In this document: positions 49,545 through 60,019 of the stretch, one piece after another
Position numbering within the stretch: position 1 is the stretch's first letter
How the letters are laid out: each line of letters opens with the position of its first letter
DNA from: a virus
Reading direction: 5' to 3' (one strand)
DNA: 64,000 bases
Virus record (IMG/VR): IMGVR_UViG_3300042731_008016
Coordinates: 36,840-100,839 of that record
The notes under the pieces: model-generated
Databases searched by the model: none
Told to the model about the DNA's origin: nothing
Seen by the model: the letters and a program-made list of their open reading frames with translations, nothing else
Translations under genes and position numbers: made by a program

Positions 49545-50063
49545 ATGCCAAGTGCAGTAAGATTAAGAATATTCGAAACAATGGAAGAATATGTAAAAAT
49601 ACTTGAGCCAAATAACAAGGGCTGGAGAGTTCTTGAAATTGGAATAGATGGCGACCCAAAACCAGGTGGAAATTTTAAGTATTTTGGTACGGGTAATGTG
49701 TATGAAACATTAGACTACCTCGAGAGACTAAACCCCACTTATGTACAAGATATCCAAAAAACAAATTTAGAAGCAGAAAAATTTGATTTAATTATTTGTT
49801 CTCAAACACTAGAACACGTTTATAATCCAATAAAAGCAATTAATGAAATATTCAGATTAACTAAAAAGGGTGGCTACGCAATACTAGACGCACCTTTCAC
49901 TTATCCCTATCATCCAGCATCGGGATATGACGATTATTGGAGAATGACCCCAGCATTATTACAAACAGTTGCAACAAAAGCTGGATTTACTGAAGTAATA
50001 CATGATATGTCAAACAATTTATTAACATCAATTTTAGTAAGGAGGGGAAAATGTTTAAAATAG
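49545..50063 (+). CDS. SAM-dependent methyltransferase (Methyltransf_11-like)
   Basis: VLEIG; QTLEHV; PF..PYH...DYWR. Confidence 0.85.
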   Translation: MPSAVRLRIFETMEEYVKILEPNNKGWRVLEIGIDGDPKPGGNFKYFGTGNVYETLDYLERLNPTYVQDIQKTNLEAEKFDLIICSQTLEHVYNPIKAINEIFRLTKKGGYAILDAPFTYPYHPASGYDDYWRMTPALLQTVATKAGFTEVIHDMSNNLLTSILVRRGKCLK

Positions 50064-50824
50064 GGATAGTTGGATATGGAGTCGTTGGAAAGGCTCAAGC
50101 AAAATTCTTTGGAATAGAGAATTGCCTCATTCATGATCCAAATCAGGGATATAAAAATAGAGCTTTAATCAACAAAGAGTGTGATATGGCTTTTATATGT
50201 GTTCCAACGCCAATGAAAGAAGACATGTCATGTGACATATCTATAGTTGAAGAAGCTGTAGCATGGCTAGAGGTTCCAGTTATTGTGATTCGATCTACAG
50301 TTACGCCAGGAACAAGCGAATACCTATATAAAAAATATAGAAAGCAAATTGTGTTCGAGCCAGAATACCTAGGAGAAACTATCCATCACCCATACCTCGA
50401 TTTAAGAAAAAGACCATTTGTTATTTTAGGCGGATTACCAGGTCCAAGAAAAGTAGTCATCATGTATATGCAGAAGTTTATGCACGCTGACACTAAGTTC
50501 TACCAAACAAATTGGAAAACAGCAGAATTGGTTAAATACGCTGAAAATAGTTTTTTAGGATTAAAAGTAACCTTTTGTAATCAACTTTATGATATTTGTG
50601 AAAAATTAAATATAGATTATAACGAACTCAGAGAACTTTGGTTAGCTGATAATCGTATAAATAGAAGTCACACTCTTGTTTATCCTGATAAAAGAGGATT
50701 TTACGGCAAATGCCTTCCTAAAGATATTAATGCCATTTGTAAAAAAGCAAACGATATTGGAAAACCATTTAAGTTAATGGAAGAGGTTCTAAAAATAAAT
50801 AGTGAATTATTAAAAAATAATTAA
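50051..50824 (+). CDS. UDP-glucose/GDP-mannose dehydrogenase family protein (short form)
   Basis: GYGVVG; CVPTP; RSTVTPG; GKCLPKD. Confidence 0.88.
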   Translation: MFKIGIVGYGVVGKAQAKFFGIENCLIHDPNQGYKNRALINKECDMAFICVPTPMKEDMSCDISIVEEAVAWLEVPVIVIRSTVTPGTSEYLYKKYRKQIVFEPEYLGETIHHPYLDLRKRPFVILGGLPGPRKVVIMYMQKFMHADTKFYQTNWKTAELVKYAENSFLGLKVTFCNQLYDICEKLNIDYNELRELWLADNRINRSHTLVYPDKRGFYGKCLPKDINAICKKANDIGKPFKLMEEVLKINSELLKNN

Positions 50825-50859
50825 TTGAAGTATTTGTATATATATTATATAATTCTGCT

Positions 50860-51315
50860 ATGACTAAAAATGAGGAGTTAGCATATATAGCAGGAATAAT
50901 AGATGGAGAAGGTTATTTAGGGATTGGAACAACAAAATCAAGCGTTGGGAATATTTGTTATTATCCAAGATTAACAATCCATATGTTAGATGAAGAAGCA
51001 ATAAAAATAGCTTGTGACTTTTTCAAAATTAAAATTAGACGTAGTAAATTAAATAAGAAAGACTATTATAGTTTTTACGCTACTGGTAAAAAATTAAAAG
51101 AGGTATTACTGAAAATAATAAGTTATTTACAGGTTAAAAAAACTCACGCACTTCTATTATTAGAATTAATAAAAACAAAAGATGATTATAAACCAATTCC
51201 TATTAGAAAAAATGGGCACTTTGCTGGAACAAAACCAGTTCCAAAAGAAGTAACTAAAAAAAGAAAACTTATTTATGATGATTTTAGAAAATTACAAGAA
51301 AGACATAAAAAATGA
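50860..51315 (+). CDS. LAGLIDADG homing endonuclease (single motif)
   Basis: AYIAGIIDGEG; YLQVKK. Confidence 0.9.
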   Translation: MTKNEELAYIAGIIDGEGYLGIGTTKSSVGNICYYPRLTIHMLDEEAIKIACDFFKIKIRRSKLNKKDYYSFYATGKKLKEVLLKIISYLQVKKTHALLLLELIKTKDDYKPIPIRKNGHFAGTKPVPKEVTKKRKLIYDDFRKLQERHKK

Positions 51316-51851
51316 AAAACTCTAAACAACCAAGTAAAATTGTTTATTTGGACTTCGATGATTTTTCAGAAAAAAACCATCGTCTAGATTTACTTTGGCA
51401 ACTTCACGATCAGTTTGATAATTTCAAAGTCAATCTATTTACTATTCCAACTAAAGTAACACCAGCGTTTCTTGAGTATTTGAACCAACCATATTTAAAA
51501 CACTGGATTCAACTGTGTGTGCATGGCTTTTATCACAAAAACAATGAAGAAGTATCTGAGCAGGATTTTAAACGAATAGAAGGTAAATATGCCAAAGTTT
51601 ATCGAGCTCCATATTGGCAACTTTCAGATGTTATGTACGAGCGACTTAAAAAGCTCGGTTATAAAATTATGATTCACCCAGATGATCCAAGACAGGGAAT
51701 TAAATACAATTGGAATACAAAAGACTCTCCCCCATTTCTAAAAGTTCTTTATGGCCATGGCCATGTTCAAAATATCTGTGACAATGGCATCGAACAGTCA
51801 ATGGAAAATATTTTAAAATTACCAAAAGATACGGAGTTCAAATTCCTATGA
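51312..51851 (+). CDS. polysaccharide deacetylase-like protein
   Basis: LDFDD; HGFYH; RAPYW; HGH. Confidence 0.75.
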   Translation: MKNSKQPSKIVYLDFDDFSEKNHRLDLLWQLHDQFDNFKVNLFTIPTKVTPAFLEYLNQPYLKHWIQLCVHGFYHKNNEEVSEQDFKRIEGKYAKVYRAPYWQLSDVMYERLKKLGYKIMIHPDDPRQGIKYNWNTKDSPPFLKVLYGHGHVQNICDNGIEQSMENILKLPKDTEFKFL

Positions 51852-52453
51852 CAGCCAAAATAACACCACCAATTAAATTCGACAAAAACAACTATACTAT
51901 GGAGGAGTACATACACCTCCAGACCACCTCTGCTGGTGGAAGCAGACACACCCCATTTGGAGATAGAATCAAAAACTCTGTTCAAAGATATAAAGATTAT
52001 TTCAAAGGCCCAAGAGTTTTGGATGTTGGTTGCGGTGATGGGCTTGGTATAGAACTGATTAAGGCGCTTGGGTTTGAATGTGAGGGGCTAAAAGCAATAG
52101 ACAAAAAAATTGAGTATGGGAGAACCTTCGGAGTAAAAATAACAAAAGGGTTCCAGGAAAAGATGCCTTTCAAAGATAAGGAGTTTGACACACTCTTTTC
52201 ATCCCACGTACTAGAACACAGCTATGACGTAGAAGCAGCAGCAGCTGAGTATGCCAGAGTAGCCAAAAGAGCCATCATTATAATCCCAACCGAGCCAGAA
52301 AAACAATGTATTTCTCATCCTAGTGCATTTAAGGATGCTGTGGAGTTAAAAGAATTATTTAAGGATAAGGGTGATATTGTCGCCGAAGAATCTTTGTACA
52401 GAATGCAGAGCGAGCATACAATTATCATAGACTTTTATGAAACCAAAAATTAG
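51848..52453 (+). CDS. SAM-dependent methyltransferase
   Basis: VLDVGCGDG; SHVLEH. Confidence 0.88.
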   Translation: MTAKITPPIKFDKNNYTMEEYIHLQTTSAGGSRHTPFGDRIKNSVQRYKDYFKGPRVLDVGCGDGLGIELIKALGFECEGLKAIDKKIEYGRTFGVKITKGFQEKMPFKDKEFDTLFSSHVLEHSYDVEAAAAEYARVAKRAIIIIPTEPEKQCISHPSAFKDAVELKELFKDKGDIVAEESLYRMQSEHTIIIDFYETKN

Positions 52454-53156
52454 CGTAATCATCAGCACATACAATAGACCAGAGATGCTCCAACGAGCTA
52501 TAGACAGTGTATTGGCCCAGACATTTAAGAACTTTGAATTAATTGTCGTCGATGACCATTCAAAGGTTCCACCCAAGTTTAACCTCCCAGACGAGGAAAA
52601 GAGAGTGGTGGCCATGAGGCTCCCACACAATAGCGGGTATCAAGTAATTCCTAAGAATGTGGGTATCATGATTTCTCGGGGCGAGTACATTGCCTATCTA
52701 GATGATGACAACGTTTATCTACCAAACCACTTAGAAGTGCTTTACAAAGCCATTACCAAACATCAAGCTGATGTTGTTTATGGAGATAGAATTTATAAAA
52801 GCACCGATCCAAACGAGAAGAAATTCATGGGAACACAGAGCTATCCATACGATCTCGGACAAATTAATCAGGCAAACTATGTTGACACTTCAGATATTAT
52901 GCACACTATCCAAGCAATGAATGACGTTGGTTTCTGGGATATCTTCTGGGAGAGAAAGGCAGACTGGCTATTAATGGTTAGATTTGGAAAGGCTGGTAAA
53001 AAGATAATTCATGTTCCTAAAGTAATCACAGAATATTGGTGGCACTCTGATAATATCGGTCAGCAAAATCCAGATGGCGGGGCTTATCCGCAGTCTACTA
53101 AACAAATGAGAGGTCATATTAGAGATTTAGCAACCGATGTTCATAAAGGAAAATGA
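52437..53156 (+). CDS. GT2 glycosyltransferase
   Basis: ISVIISTYNR; VDDHS; YLDDD. Confidence 0.92.
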   Translation: MKPKISVIISTYNRPEMLQRAIDSVLAQTFKNFELIVVDDHSKVPPKFNLPDEEKRVVAMRLPHNSGYQVIPKNVGIMISRGEYIAYLDDDNVYLPNHLEVLYKAITKHQADVVYGDRIYKSTDPNEKKFMGTQSYPYDLGQINQANYVDTSDIMHTIQAMNDVGFWDIFWERKADWLLMVRFGKAGKKIIHVPKVITEYWWHSDNIGQQNPDGGAYPQSTKQMRGHIRDLATDVHKGK

Positions 53157-53451
53157 TGAAAATATACGAAGACTTTCTAAACAGCAAATGCAAAATAACT
53201 TATTGGGAAGATAAAACATGGAAAGATTGGTTTGCTGATCTTCTAATCGTTTTAAATAAAGAGACAGAAGGTTTTAGCGGAAAAAGACCAAATACTGATA
53301 GTGGATGGTGCTATCAGTTAGCGGATGGCCTAAGTATGTTGGAACCTAAAATTATAAAAAGTAGAGACGATGAGGGTTATCCTGCCGACATAGACTGGAA
53401 GTTACAAGAAAAAGTTTTTAATAAATTAATCAAATATGTTTTTAAGATAAA

Positions 53452-54132
53452 ATGAAAGTAGCTTTATTTACCCTAACAAAGGATAGGCTTGAATATACCA
53501 AGCAAACATTTAAAAGCCTCAAAAAGAAGACTCATATTCCCTATGACCATTTTGTTTTGGATCAAGGTAGCAAAGATGGAACTGTTGATTGGTTAAACAG
53601 CTTCACTCATAAGTTAGGGAAAATATATGTATACCCACTTAACATGAATATTGGAATCAATCGTGGTGTGAATTATATTGTAGATAAAATCGGAGATCGA
53701 TACGATATTATTGTTAAAATCGATAATGATGTTGAAATAGAGACAGATGGCTGGCTTGAAAAAATGATTAAAGTCTTGGCACCAAAGTCAGTGATCTCCC
53801 CATACGTTAAAGGCTTAATTGATAATAGAGGTGGCGTAAATAGATATAGCCATATCAAAGAGTTGAATATTGGTTTGACTCCATTTATAGGTGGTATTTG
53901 TATGATCGGCCACAGGAAAGCCTGGAATGAGGATTCTGGAGGCTGGGAATATCCAAGACCAAAACATGCTGGTGGTGATAAAGCCTTTTGTCAAAAACTA
54001 GAATTAGCTGGTTATAAGTTTGGATATGTTGAAAATGTTATAATCAAACACATAGAGTCCACAACTGGTCAACATGAACGATATCCAGATTATTTTAAAC
54101 TTAGAAAAGAAGAGCGTACAAAAATTTTTTAG
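53452..54132 (+). CDS. GT2 glycosyltransferase
   Basis: DQGSKDGT; KIDND. Confidence 0.85.
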   Translation: MKVALFTLTKDRLEYTKQTFKSLKKKTHIPYDHFVLDQGSKDGTVDWLNSFTHKLGKIYVYPLNMNIGINRGVNYIVDKIGDRYDIIVKIDNDVEIETDGWLEKMIKVLAPKSVISPYVKGLIDNRGGVNRYSHIKELNIGLTPFIGGICMIGHRKAWNEDSGGWEYPRPKHAGGDKAFCQKLELAGYKFGYVENVIIKHIESTTGQHERYPDYFKLRKEERTKIF

Positions 54133-54463
54133 GATAAAAATATGAAATTCAAATCTAATCAACAACCAAAATTACTCAAAAGAACATATACTTGTAGAAA
54201 ATGTGGAAATAAATGGGACCAAACATTAGGTACTTCCTTTATTACTTCTACAATTCCAGATTGTCCAAATTGTACTGCTAAATCAAAATATATATCTGTT
54301 CAAGAAACAAAAATTAATCAATTTAAAATAGATAATCCAACTGGAAAAGAATTTGGCAGAGCAGATAATGAAGAAATAATCAAAGAGTCTAAAAAAATAT
54401 TTAAAAAGGGCGTCGTAGAACAAGAGGGTGTTGAAATCAAAGGAATAAAATAGTATTGTATAT

Positions 54464-54493
54464 TTGACAAGTAGAGTATACCTTTAATATACT
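54464..54493 (+). promoter_or_regulatory. sigma70-type promoter upstream of head genes
   Basis: TTGACA-N18-TATACT. Confidence 0.55.
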
Positions 54494-54922
54494 TGTCCTA
54501 GGTAAAGTCTTAGTTAAGAGTTCCAGTTAAGAGTCTACAGTGGTAGAACTCGTTTTGGAGCTCTTTTTTAATGAGAGAAAAAGAGTTATGAACCTTATTT
54601 ACAATTGTGGCTACTATGCAACCTTAAAATTACAAGGCAAGCATACATACAAATGGTATACATTTAAAAAAAGGTTCGTTACCGAGGTTGATAATAGCGA
54701 CGGTGAGGAATTTTTAAAATTAACCTCAAAAAACGTTGCTTGGTGTCCTAAAAATAATAAGACTCTACCTCCGTTCATGAAACTAGAAAACTGGTGTGCT
54801 GGTAAAAAAGGAAGGTTTGATTCTAAACCTTTTAAAAAATATGATCCAGATAAGTACAAAGAACTCTTCTTGTTAAAATAGAAAACTTTAAAAAATTCTT
54901 AAAGGGAGTTAATTAAAAAGCT

Positions 54923-56401
54923 ATGACAAATAAAACACAACGATTCAAAATTTCATTGCCAATTCTCAAAACACGTATCGAAATCCAAAAGGATGAAGAT
55001 GGTAATGAGAAGGAAGTGAGGTTTGTTGAAGGTTTGGCATCTGGTACAGAGAAAGATTTGCATGGAGATAAAATGGCTCCTTCAGCCATTCAGTCCATGG
55101 CAGACTCTCTAAAACTGCATGTCATCAATCTTAACGATGAACATAATACTTCATGGCAAAGCGAATTAGGAGAAATAACGCAACTGAATGTAACAGAAAA
55201 AGACAATTTAGTAATCGAAGCAAAATTGAACGAAATGAGTAAAGCCAATGATCTTTGGTATGCTTTAACAAAAAACAATAAAAAGCTAGGTCTTTCTATT
55301 GGTGGTTATGTTAAAGAATACGAAATGGAAAAAGATGAAAGTGGCGATAACCCAAAGTGGATTCGTGTCTATAAAGACATTGAATTAGATCACATTGCGG
55401 TAACATCAAGACCTGCTTATCCTAAAGCATGGGTTTCTGTGATTTCGAAATCAATGGAAGCCAGCGAGCAAGAACTCCAAAAAGTCAATAAGAGAATGCC
55501 CGCTGAATTAAACAAAGAGCAACATTTAAAAGAACTTGCTCACCAAATAGTTCGAAGCATTCAAGATATGGAAGCAGACTTGCTTCTAGAAATGACCATG
55601 GTTGGTCTATCTTATTTGAATGAAGAACAATTATCATTAGTTGAAAGGAATCTTCCTATGAGTAAAAAAGATGTCTCACTGGAAGCTGAAGAGGCCAAAA
55701 AAGCAGCCGATGCAGAAGTCCAACCCGAGGACGAGAAAGCTGAAACTTCAGCAACCCCAGAGAATGAGTCATCCGAAGACGAATCTCAAGTAGAGGGAGA
55801 AACCAAAGAAGAAGCCGAGGAAGCTGATACTACTGACGCAAAATCAGAAGGGGAAGAGTCAACAGAGAAATCTGAAGGCGATGAAGCCTCTGAAGAAGAC
55901 GCAAGTGGCGATGGTGACAAAGCTGAAACTGAGGAATCTACTGAAACAGAAGATAAGTCGGGAGATGATTCGGGCGAAGAAGAAAATGATGGCGAAGGCG
56001 ATGAAGAGACCGAAGATACCGATTCAGAAGAAACCGAAGGCGATGAGTCTGAGGAATCTGAAGAGGATGAATCTGAGGAAAAATCTCTAGATGCTAAAGA
56101 GAACAGTCAAGTTCTCAAAATGGTTACAGAACTTCAAAAAAGCCTCAAGAAAATGGTAGATACCAATAAAACTCTCGTTGAGAGAATTGAGGAACTTGAA
56201 GGTCAACCAGCTACTCGCAAAACCGTTGAAATCACAAAGTCTGTTGGCGATGACGACTCTGAAGAAGTCAGTGCTGCAGATTTAAAGAAAGAACGGGATG
56301 AAAAAATTGCTGATTTAAGAAAAAATCATGCAAATGATCCCGCACTCTTCTCTAAGATTCAACGAGTAAGAGCCGATTACGCTTCAAGGATCAAAGAGTA
56401 A
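54923..56401 (+). CDS. HK97-type prohead protease fused to an acidic scaffold domain
   Basis: VEGLAS..DLHGD; EH; GLSIGG; HIAVTSRPA; E/D-rich C-half with coiled coil; precedes MCP. Confidence 0.88.
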   Translation: MTNKTQRFKISLPILKTRIEIQKDEDGNEKEVRFVEGLASGTEKDLHGDKMAPSAIQSMADSLKLHVINLNDEHNTSWQSELGEITQLNVTEKDNLVIEAKLNEMSKANDLWYALTKNNKKLGLSIGGYVKEYEMEKDESGDNPKWIRVYKDIELDHIAVTSRPAYPKAWVSVISKSMEASEQELQKVNKRMPAELNKEQHLKELAHQIVRSIQDMEADLLLEMTMVGLSYLNEEQLSLVERNLPMSKKDVSLEAEEAKKAADAEVQPEDEKAETSATPENESSEDESQVEGETKEEAEEADTTDAKSEGEESTEKSEGDEASEEDASGDGDKAETEESTETEDKSGDDSGEEENDGEGDEETEDTDSEETEGDESEESEEDESEEKSLDAKENSQVLKMVTELQKSLKKMVDTNKTLVERIEELEGQPATRKTVEITKSVGDDDSEEVSAADLKKERDEKIADLRKNHANDPALFSKIQRVRADYASRIKE

Positions 56402-56459
56402 AAGTTAAAGTTTATAGATATTAATTATTAATTGCTCAAGCAGAAAAGGGCCAAAAAAT

Positions 56460-57473
56460 ATGGATACTCGAAAACAATTGAGACAAACCTTATTAGAGGC
56501 TGCATCCCTATTGGAGAAATCTGCCAAACTAGAGCAAGGCGTTGATGAAGCAGCAGCGATGCTCTTGAAAGATGCTATTTACACTACAACCTCTGGTGCG
56601 TTCGCACAAAGAGAGCATTTGGATACTCAAATTGGTGACATCACCAAGAGAAACACTCCGTTCTTGGACAGAGTGGCCAAAGTAGCTGCAAATGGTAAAA
56701 CTCATGAGTGGGATATGGTTACAGCTCTCGGATCAACTGACACTGCAGTTGCCGAATGTGGTACACCACCTGAAAACGATGCGACAATCACTCGCTACAG
56801 TGCACAAATCAAGACCTACGCTACAAGCGTAAAAGTCTGTGATTTAGCACAGTGGGCAGCAAGTGATTACTTTGACCTAATGAATCTTCATTTGGAAAAA
56901 GGAATGCGCAAAATCCTTCATGATGTAGAGAAGAAAATCTACTACGGAAATCATGATGGCACTTCAACCAACGACTTCACTGGTTTGTACAAACTTATCG
57001 CAGATTACGCAGGAGCTTTAAACACTGTTAACGCAAGTGGAAATCCAATTTCCCAAACTTACGTAGACAACGCTATTCAAGCAGTTGTTGATAACGGTGG
57101 AACTCCTTCTCACATGTTTATGGGAGCCAAAGACTTGAGAGACTTCGCAGCTCTATGGGCTAACAAAGTCGTTTACAACGATCCAGGTGCAGGAATGACA
57201 TTTGGTTACAACGTTGCTCGTTATATGTCATGGGCAGGACCTATTGAAGTAGTCCTAGATCCATTCTTGACAGCAGCTAATTCACCAAACTATCCAAACA
57301 CCGACGTATTTATCGTTGATATGAACGAAATTGCATTAGCACAAACTGAGCCTATGTACCGTCTGCCAACATATCGTGGCCTAGACCTAGCTGAAACACA
57401 AACAGTGGTCTGGAACATCGTGTTGGAAGTCAGAGTCCCTCAATGGCAAGCAGTAGTCAAAAACTTAGGTTAA
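56460..57473 (+). CDS. major capsid protein
   Basis: follows protease; NTPFL..V......HEW; DVEKKIYYG....FTGL; terminator downstream. Confidence 0.85.
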   Translation: MDTRKQLRQTLLEAASLLEKSAKLEQGVDEAAAMLLKDAIYTTTSGAFAQREHLDTQIGDITKRNTPFLDRVAKVAANGKTHEWDMVTALGSTDTAVAECGTPPENDATITRYSAQIKTYATSVKVCDLAQWAASDYFDLMNLHLEKGMRKILHDVEKKIYYGNHDGTSTNDFTGLYKLIADYAGALNTVNASGNPISQTYVDNAIQAVVDNGGTPSHMFMGAKDLRDFAALWANKVVYNDPGAGMTFGYNVARYMSWAGPIEVVLDPFLTAANSPNYPNTDVFIVDMNEIALAQTEPMYRLPTYRGLDLAETQTVVWNIVLEVRVPQWQAVVKNLG

Positions 57474-57506
57474 ACTCGTAAAAACAAATCAAATTAGTAA
57501 AAGACT

Positions 57507-57541
57507 AGGGGGAAGGCAAATAGACTTGTCTTCCCCCTTTT
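57507..57541 (+). terminator. rho-independent terminator
   Basis: AGGGGGAAGGCAA-loop-TTGTCTTCCCCCT-TTT. Confidence 0.8.
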
Positions 57542-57598
57542 GATGATGTTATACTCAATTTATAAAAGTCTTATTAAAAGTCTTAGTAAGGAGAAAAT

Positions 57599-58024
57599 AT
57601 GAATCAAGATCTAGTAATAGTAAAAAGCAAAACTATTAATAACGAATCTGTTCCCATAGTCATTAAGGTTGCTGAAGTAAGGCATGGTGAAATCATGGAT
57701 GAAAGAGAAATCTCGAGAAGTTATGTTTTCGAAGATTTCGAAGCAATGATTCCACTTAAATATGCTAAAATTCTTGTAAAGCAAAGTCCTAAAGAATTTC
57801 ACATTGATAGGGCAGTTGGTGAAGAACCAAGTAATAAAGTTAAAAGAGCAGTAAAGAGCTCTAAAGAAACTGCTAAAGGTTTTAAATGTGACATTTGTGG
57901 AAAAGATGATATTAAAAGTAAAGCTGGATTAACAGCTCACATCAGGTACAATCACCCTGAAGAATTCGCTAAGTTATATCCAACTAAAGTAAAACCAAAG
58001 AAAAAGCCTGAAGAGGCTAAATAA
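57599..58024 (+). CDS. C2H2 zinc-finger protein
   Basis: FKCDICGK...GLTAHIRYNH. Confidence 0.7.
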   Translation: MNQDLVIVKSKTINNESVPIVIKVAEVRHGEIMDEREISRSYVFEDFEAMIPLKYAKILVKQSPKEFHIDRAVGEEPSNKVKRAVKSSKETAKGFKCDICGKDDIKSKAGLTAHIRYNHPEEFAKLYPTKVKPKKKPEEAK

Positions 58025-58049
58025 ATTAATAACTTTGGGAGAATAAAAT

Positions 58050-58340
58050 ATGGTTTACGGAAATACATACAATCTAAAGATTGCTGTTGCCAACGGCAAC
58101 AAAGCCTCGCAGAACTTAGATACCATTGTTAAATCAGAAAAGTTAATCAAGATTGTCCCAACCGTTGATTTACATGTACTCATTACAGCTAAATCAAGCA
58201 CAACTGATCCAGATGCCAATGATTTCCTATTAAAAGCAAACATTGAATATGAATTCCCAGTTGGCACAGGAATGGACAAGATTTCTTTCTGGAATGCCAG
58301 TGGTGGCGATGGTCATGCTTATGTCATGGTCATGTACTAA
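58050..58340 (+). CDS. small beta-rich probable virion protein
   Basis: position after MCP; composition. Confidence 0.4.
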   Translation: MVYGNTYNLKIAVANGNKASQNLDTIVKSEKLIKIVPTVDLHVLITAKSSTTDPDANDFLLKANIEYEFPVGTGMDKISFWNASGGDGHAYVMVMY

Positions 58341-58436
58341 GTTAAAAGCTAGGAAACAGTAAAAGTATGAAGGTAGTTTATATTACTTGTTTTTTGGTTA
58401 AAAATCCCTTATTATTAGTTTAATAGGGGTATTTTT

Positions 58437-58958
58437 ATGACCAAAATTATATGTATTGATTGCGGTAGAAAGTGCAAACGAACTGGTAGTAGGCAAAAAA
58501 GATGTCCTGAGTGTCGTAGGTCAAATATGCTAAAGAGATACAGAGAAAAGTATCGTAAAAAAACAACATTAAACCCAAATTTTAATAAGGAACATTACTC
58601 TAAAAATAAAAACAGTATAAGATTAAACCAAAAAAAGTATTATTTAAAAACACGAGATGTATTACGTCAAAAGGCATTTAAGATATTAGCTAACGGTAAA
58701 AAAATTGGATGTGCCAATCACGACGAATGGGGATGTTGTCAAGACCCATTTGATTTAGATATATTACAAATTGACCACATTAAAAACGATGGTGCAGAAC
58801 ACAGAAAAGAAATTAAAGGAGGTCTTACTTTTTACAGATGGATAATAAATAATCCAAAAGTTGCACGGGCGAGGTTGCAAATAATTTGTGCCAATGCTCA
58901 ATGGAAAAAAAGAAGATTGGTTGAAAAAAAAGAAAGGAAAAGGCTTAGACTATCATGA
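58437..58958 (+). CDS. HNH homing endonuclease
   Basis: CIDCG..CPEC; LQIDHIKNDG; LQIICANA. Confidence 0.8.
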   Translation: MTKIICIDCGRKCKRTGSRQKRCPECRRSNMLKRYREKYRKKTTLNPNFNKEHYSKNKNSIRLNQKKYYLKTRDVLRQKAFKILANGKKIGCANHDEWGCCQDPFDLDILQIDHIKNDGAEHRKEIKGGLTFYRWIINNPKVARARLQIICANAQWKKRRLVEKKERKRLRLS

Positions 58959-60019
58959 AATTAATTTTTTTATTACCCTCTTTGAGGGTTAATGGAACAA
59001 CATTAGTATTTGAAATGGCCGATAGACTGGAAAGTCTAGGTCATGATGTTCGTATAACTTCATTGGACGAACCAAGCAGACCAGGAATTTATCCTCTTAA
59101 AGTCCAAACCCAAAAACTCCAAGATACACTGACTGATTTTCAAAATGCAGATGCAATCGTTGCTCTGAATGCGGTTTGTGCTTTTTATCTTAATGATTTG
59201 GAAACTAAAGCAAGAAAATACTATTTACTCTTTAATGAGGAAAATAAGTTTTATCCAGAAGAATTATTTAAAATTAAATATCCAAAACTTGATGAAGATA
59301 GAATTGCTATAGAAAGAGAGTCGCAGAGACAATATCTTGAATCTTCATACTCATTAAAAATGAGATATCTCGTAACTAATGATGATTTAAAAATAATGTT
59401 AGAACGATTTGCGCTTCAGAAAGCAGATGTTATTAAAATTGGTGTTAATGAGAAATTATTTTATCCAGATGTAAGTATCCCCAAGGGAAGTCAGATTAGA
59501 ATAGTATTGGAAGGCAATAACTTACCATGGAAAGGATTAAAAACCGTTAATAGAGCTCTTAGTGACTTGAGGAATTTTGATCTTTGGACATTTGGTGATA
59601 GCCCAGCTCCAATTAAAAGTGACAAGCATTGGAAAAATCCAACAACGGATGACATTAGGAGAATTTTATCTTCAGCTGATATTTTCATTAGAGCTTATGA
59701 TGAAGATGGTACTGCAGAGCTGACAGCTCAAGCAATGGCTTGTGGTTGTGCAGTATTAACTACTAAAACATCTGGCTCAAAGATGTTCTGTACTAAAGAG
59801 AACAGTGTTATTATTAAACCAGGAGATTATGAGCAAATGGCTAAAGAGCTCAAAAGTCTCATTAAAGATCAAAAACGAAGAGAAACATTAATTAGAAAAG
59901 GTTTGGAAACTACCAAATCACTTTCATGGGACGAATCAATTAAAGTTTTAGAGTCAGTTTTAAAAGGAAGGAGGTCTTATGCCCGTAGCTCAAGCAGGCG
60001 ACGTTCAAAAGCCAAATAG
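58955..60019 (+). CDS. GT4 glycosyltransferase
   Basis: GHDV; PWKG; AMACGCAV. Confidence 0.85.
   Translation: MKLIFLLPSLRVNGTTLVFEMADRLESLGHDVRITSLDEPSRPGIYPLKVQTQKLQDTLTDFQNADAIVALNAVCAFYLNDLETKARKYYLLFNEENKFYPEELFKIKYPKLDEDRIAIERESQRQYLESSYSLKMRYLVTNDDLKIMLERFALQKADVIKIGVNEKLFYPDVSIPKGSQIRIVLEGNNLPWKGLKTVNRALSDLRNFDLWTFGDSPAPIKSDKHWKNPTTDDIRRILSSADIFIRAYDEDGTAELTAQAMACGCAVLTTKTSGSKMFCTKENSVIIKPGDYEQMAKELKSLIKDQKRRETLIRKGLETTKSLSWDESIKVLESVLKGRRSYARSSSRRRSKAK

Noticed and set aside
55700-56090. Tandem repeat element
   Set aside because: Coding low complexity of the E/D-rich scaffold region.
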